Source: Fidelibacterota bacterium (GTDB lineage: Bacteria > Fidelibacterota > Marinisomatia > Marinisomatales > S15-B10). Taken from it: 18,131 bases of DNA. The translations under genes and the position numbers were made by a program. The notes under the pieces are model-generated. The model was not told where the DNA came from. It made no database searches and worked only from the letters and a program-made list of their open reading frames with translations. How positions within the stretch are numbered: the first letter of the stretch is position 1; each line of letters starts with the position of its first letter. The DNA lies in assembly GCA_002729175.1 (NCBI GenBank), contig PBTS01000019.1:40943-59073 (forward strand), read 5' to 3'. This document shows, piece after piece, positions 16,323-18,131 of the stretch.

Positions 16323-17390
16323 TTATGCTGAGATCTCTGTTTGGTTCCTGACAGTTCTTTCTACATTCTCAGCATAAAGCTGTCCACAGGCAGCATTGAT
16401 ATCTTTTCCCTGGCTCCATCGAACTGTTACCATGCTTCGTCCCCCGGTAACATTCGAAATGAATTTTTCCAATTGGTGAACCGTAGGTCTTTTGAACGGC
16501 TCTCCGACAACAGGGTTATACGGAATCACATTAAGTTTGCAGTTTAATTTTTTCATGAAGGACGCAAGCCGGCGGGCGTCCGCGGGAGAGTCATTTGTGC
16601 CGCTCATAAGAACATATTCCAGCGTCACCCGTTTACGTGATCTGTCCGTATACTCCTTCAATGCTTCCAGACAATCCCTAATACTGTACTTCTTAGTGAT
16701 GGGCATGAGGCTGGCACGCTGAGTTTCATCCGTTGCGTTCAGGCTGAGGGCAAGCGTAAAAGGGTGCTTCTCTTTTGTGAATTGTCTGATCCTTTTTGCT
16801 ATTCCCACCGTTGAGATTGTGATCTTCCGGATGCTGATATTCATTCCATCATCATCATTTATTATATAAGCAGATTTAAGAACCTTCTGGTAGTTCAACA
16901 TCGGCTCCCCCATCCCCATAAACACGATATTGGTAATCCGTTCGCCAGTCTCCCGCCGCACCGCCAACAGCTGCCCAACAATTTCACCAGCCGTCAAATT
17001 TCGAAGCAGTCCCATCTTTGCTGTAGCGCAGAACTTGCATTCCAGAGGACACCCCACCTGAGAAGAGAGACAGACAGTCTTTCTTTTCCCTTCTGGAATA
17101 AAAACTGTTTCAATCTTCAGTCCGTCCCTGAGTTTGAACAGAAATTTCCGTGATGATGTTTCGGCTGAAGGAACCATATCCACAATTTCAGGAATATCCA
17201 TTTCCGCTGATAACCGGAGTTGTGATCTGAACTCCTTGGGCAGGTTTGTCATTTCGTCAAGATCCACAACCGCGTGCTCATGAATCCACGAAAACAGCTG
17301 GTCGCCCCGGAACTTCCGCTCGCCCAACTTAGACACAAATAGCCGCAGTTCATCTCGCGTCATCCCTATCAGCTCAACTTGCGAGGTCAT
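16323..17390 (-). CDS. rlmN: 23S rRNA (adenine(2503)-C2)-methyltransferase RlmN
   Basis: TVCLSSQVGCPLECKFC radical-SAM motif, RNLTAGEIVGQ, MGMGEP, ITISTVG, C-terminal DINAACGQL. Confidence 0.97.
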   Translation of the reverse strand: MTSQVELIGMTRDELRLFVSKLGERKFRGDQLFSWIHEHAVVDLDEMTNLPKEFRSQLRLSAEMDIPEIVDMVPSAETSSRKFLFKLRDGLKIETVFIPEGKRKTVCLSSQVGCPLECKFCATAKMGLLRNLTAGEIVGQLLAVRRETGERITNIVFMGMGEPMLNYQKVLKSAYIINDDDGMNISIRKITISTVGIAKRIRQFTKEKHPFTLALSLNATDETQRASLMPITKKYSIRDCLEALKEYTDRSRKRVTLEYVLMSGTNDSPADARRLASFMKKLNCKLNVIPYNPVVGEPFKRPTVHQLEKFISNVTGGRSMVTVRWSQGKDINAACGQLYAENVERTVRNQTEISA

Positions 17391-17401
17391 CTTACTTTTG
17401 C

Positions 17402-18061
17402 CTATTTGAGAGGATTGAGAATTAGCTCCCGTTCACCGCGGAAAAAGTCGTAGGCAACCCAGCCAATGGTAGTGAGCGGAATGATGGTGGTTCCAGTTTT
17501 ATAAGCGGCTGACCCCGTCCTGAACAGCTTGTTAAAGTTGAAAAACTCTTTAATAGCTTTATACTTGAGAAGAAACAAAACAGTGGTAAAGCTGGCTCCG
17601 GCGAGAGCTCCTTTCTTGACGGCGTATTCCGAAACAGTATGATCAAACCGAACCCTGTGGATATCCGTCAGCAGTATTTCATGCCTTTTCGGCTCCTCCT
17701 CCGTTTGATAGACAAGTTTCGGTTCAAACATGAACAGCTCCCGCCCAAGACGCCGATATGGTATCGACTCTCCCATGACAGTTGTGATGACGCCACCACG
17801 GCCAAGACCTTTTTTAAAAAACTTCCTGATCTTCGGAGAGAGATAAAACAACTTTCCTTTCGAATTGTGAACGTAAAGAACAGAGTCAAGGGTTACGGAT
17901 GTTTGAAGCCCACCTGAAGCGGGAATGATCTTCAGGGAGTCATGAGTCATCTCAGCCACATAGCCCGTAATAACATCGCCACCTCGGAGAATCACCTTGT
18001 GACGTACGGTCCCGGTAGCCACTGTGGAGATAAAAACCATGGCCAAAAGAGAGAACTTCAT
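17402..18061 (-). CDS. Hypothetical exported/membrane protein
   Basis: Signal-like N-terminus from ATG 18061 (alternative GTG 18079); small beta-barrel-like motif VILRGGDVITGYV..DSLKI; two C-terminal hydrophobic segments. Confidence 0.75.
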   Translation of the reverse strand: MKFSLLAMVFISTVATGTVRHKVILRGGDVITGYVAEMTHDSLKIIPASGGLQTSVTLDSVLYVHNSKGKLFYLSPKIRKFFKKGLGRGGVITTVMGESIPYRRLGRELFMFEPKLVYQTEEEPKRHEILLTDIHRVRFDHTVSEYAVKKGALAGASFTTVLFLLKYKAIKEFFNFNKLFRTGSAAYKTGTTIIPLTTIGWVAYDFFRGERELILNPLK

Positions 18062-18131
18062 TTGTTGTTGGTGCCTCACGCTCTAAATTAAACCAGTTAT
18101 GACCTTTTCGTGACCAACATTTGTTCAATAC

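Noticed and set aside
16323..17390. Cfr antibiotic-resistance methyltransferase
   Set aside because: MGMGEP motif (Cfr has MGMGEA) and housekeeping context indicate RlmN.
785..17917. Numerous antisense or alternate-frame ORFs (e.g. 4311-4886, 7261-7788, 8510-8854, 9858-10394, 12669-13187)
   Set aside because: They lie over well-supported genes and have no recognisable motifs; typical shadow ORFs.
18097..18129. Possible 3' end of an upstream minus-strand gene (IEQMLVTKRS*)
   Set aside because: Too short to support or identify.
1..18131. CRISPR arrays, IS/integrase genes, tRNA/rRNA, selenocysteine or frameshift recoding
   Set aside because: No spaced direct repeats, transposase motifs or RNA-gene signatures seen by eye. 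All recognised genes are intact, and the glutaredoxin uses ordinary Cys codons.

Overview
An 18.1-kb, gene-dense bacterial chromosomal segment, mostly on the minus strand, with no mobile element, CRISPR array, tRNA or rRNA that I can see. Gene content, notably a secreted protease ending in a PNPFN...RKVMLIK T9SS/FlgD-Ig-type C-terminal domain alongside an HrcA/CIRCE-controlled groES, suggests a non-Bacteroidetes FCB-group lineage such as Marinimicrobia (inference). Minus-strand order in transcription direction: hypothetical, rlmN, glutaredoxin; then Lys-rich TPR protein, TPR protein, ispG, two small hypothetical genes, yifB/comM, PLP aminotransferase, MORN/YwqK-like lipoprotein, mscS, DUF423, APC permease, dut, ahcY, CIRCE, groES (partial, absent from the ORF track). 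A divergent plus-strand trio encodes an AMIN-like membrane-anchored protein, a small membrane protein and a secreted HEXXH metalloprotease. The best leads are (1) an AhcY with the HxExK fingerprint of S-inosylhomocysteine-preferring hydrolases plus a ~10-aa insertion at the NAD site, (2) a translationally coupled dUTPase closely resembling the Plasmodium/apicomplexan type, and (3) a structured, GGA-rich 139-nt spacer with a strong-RBS 25-codon uORF upstream of comM. All homology calls are from motif recognition and memory; no database searches were run.
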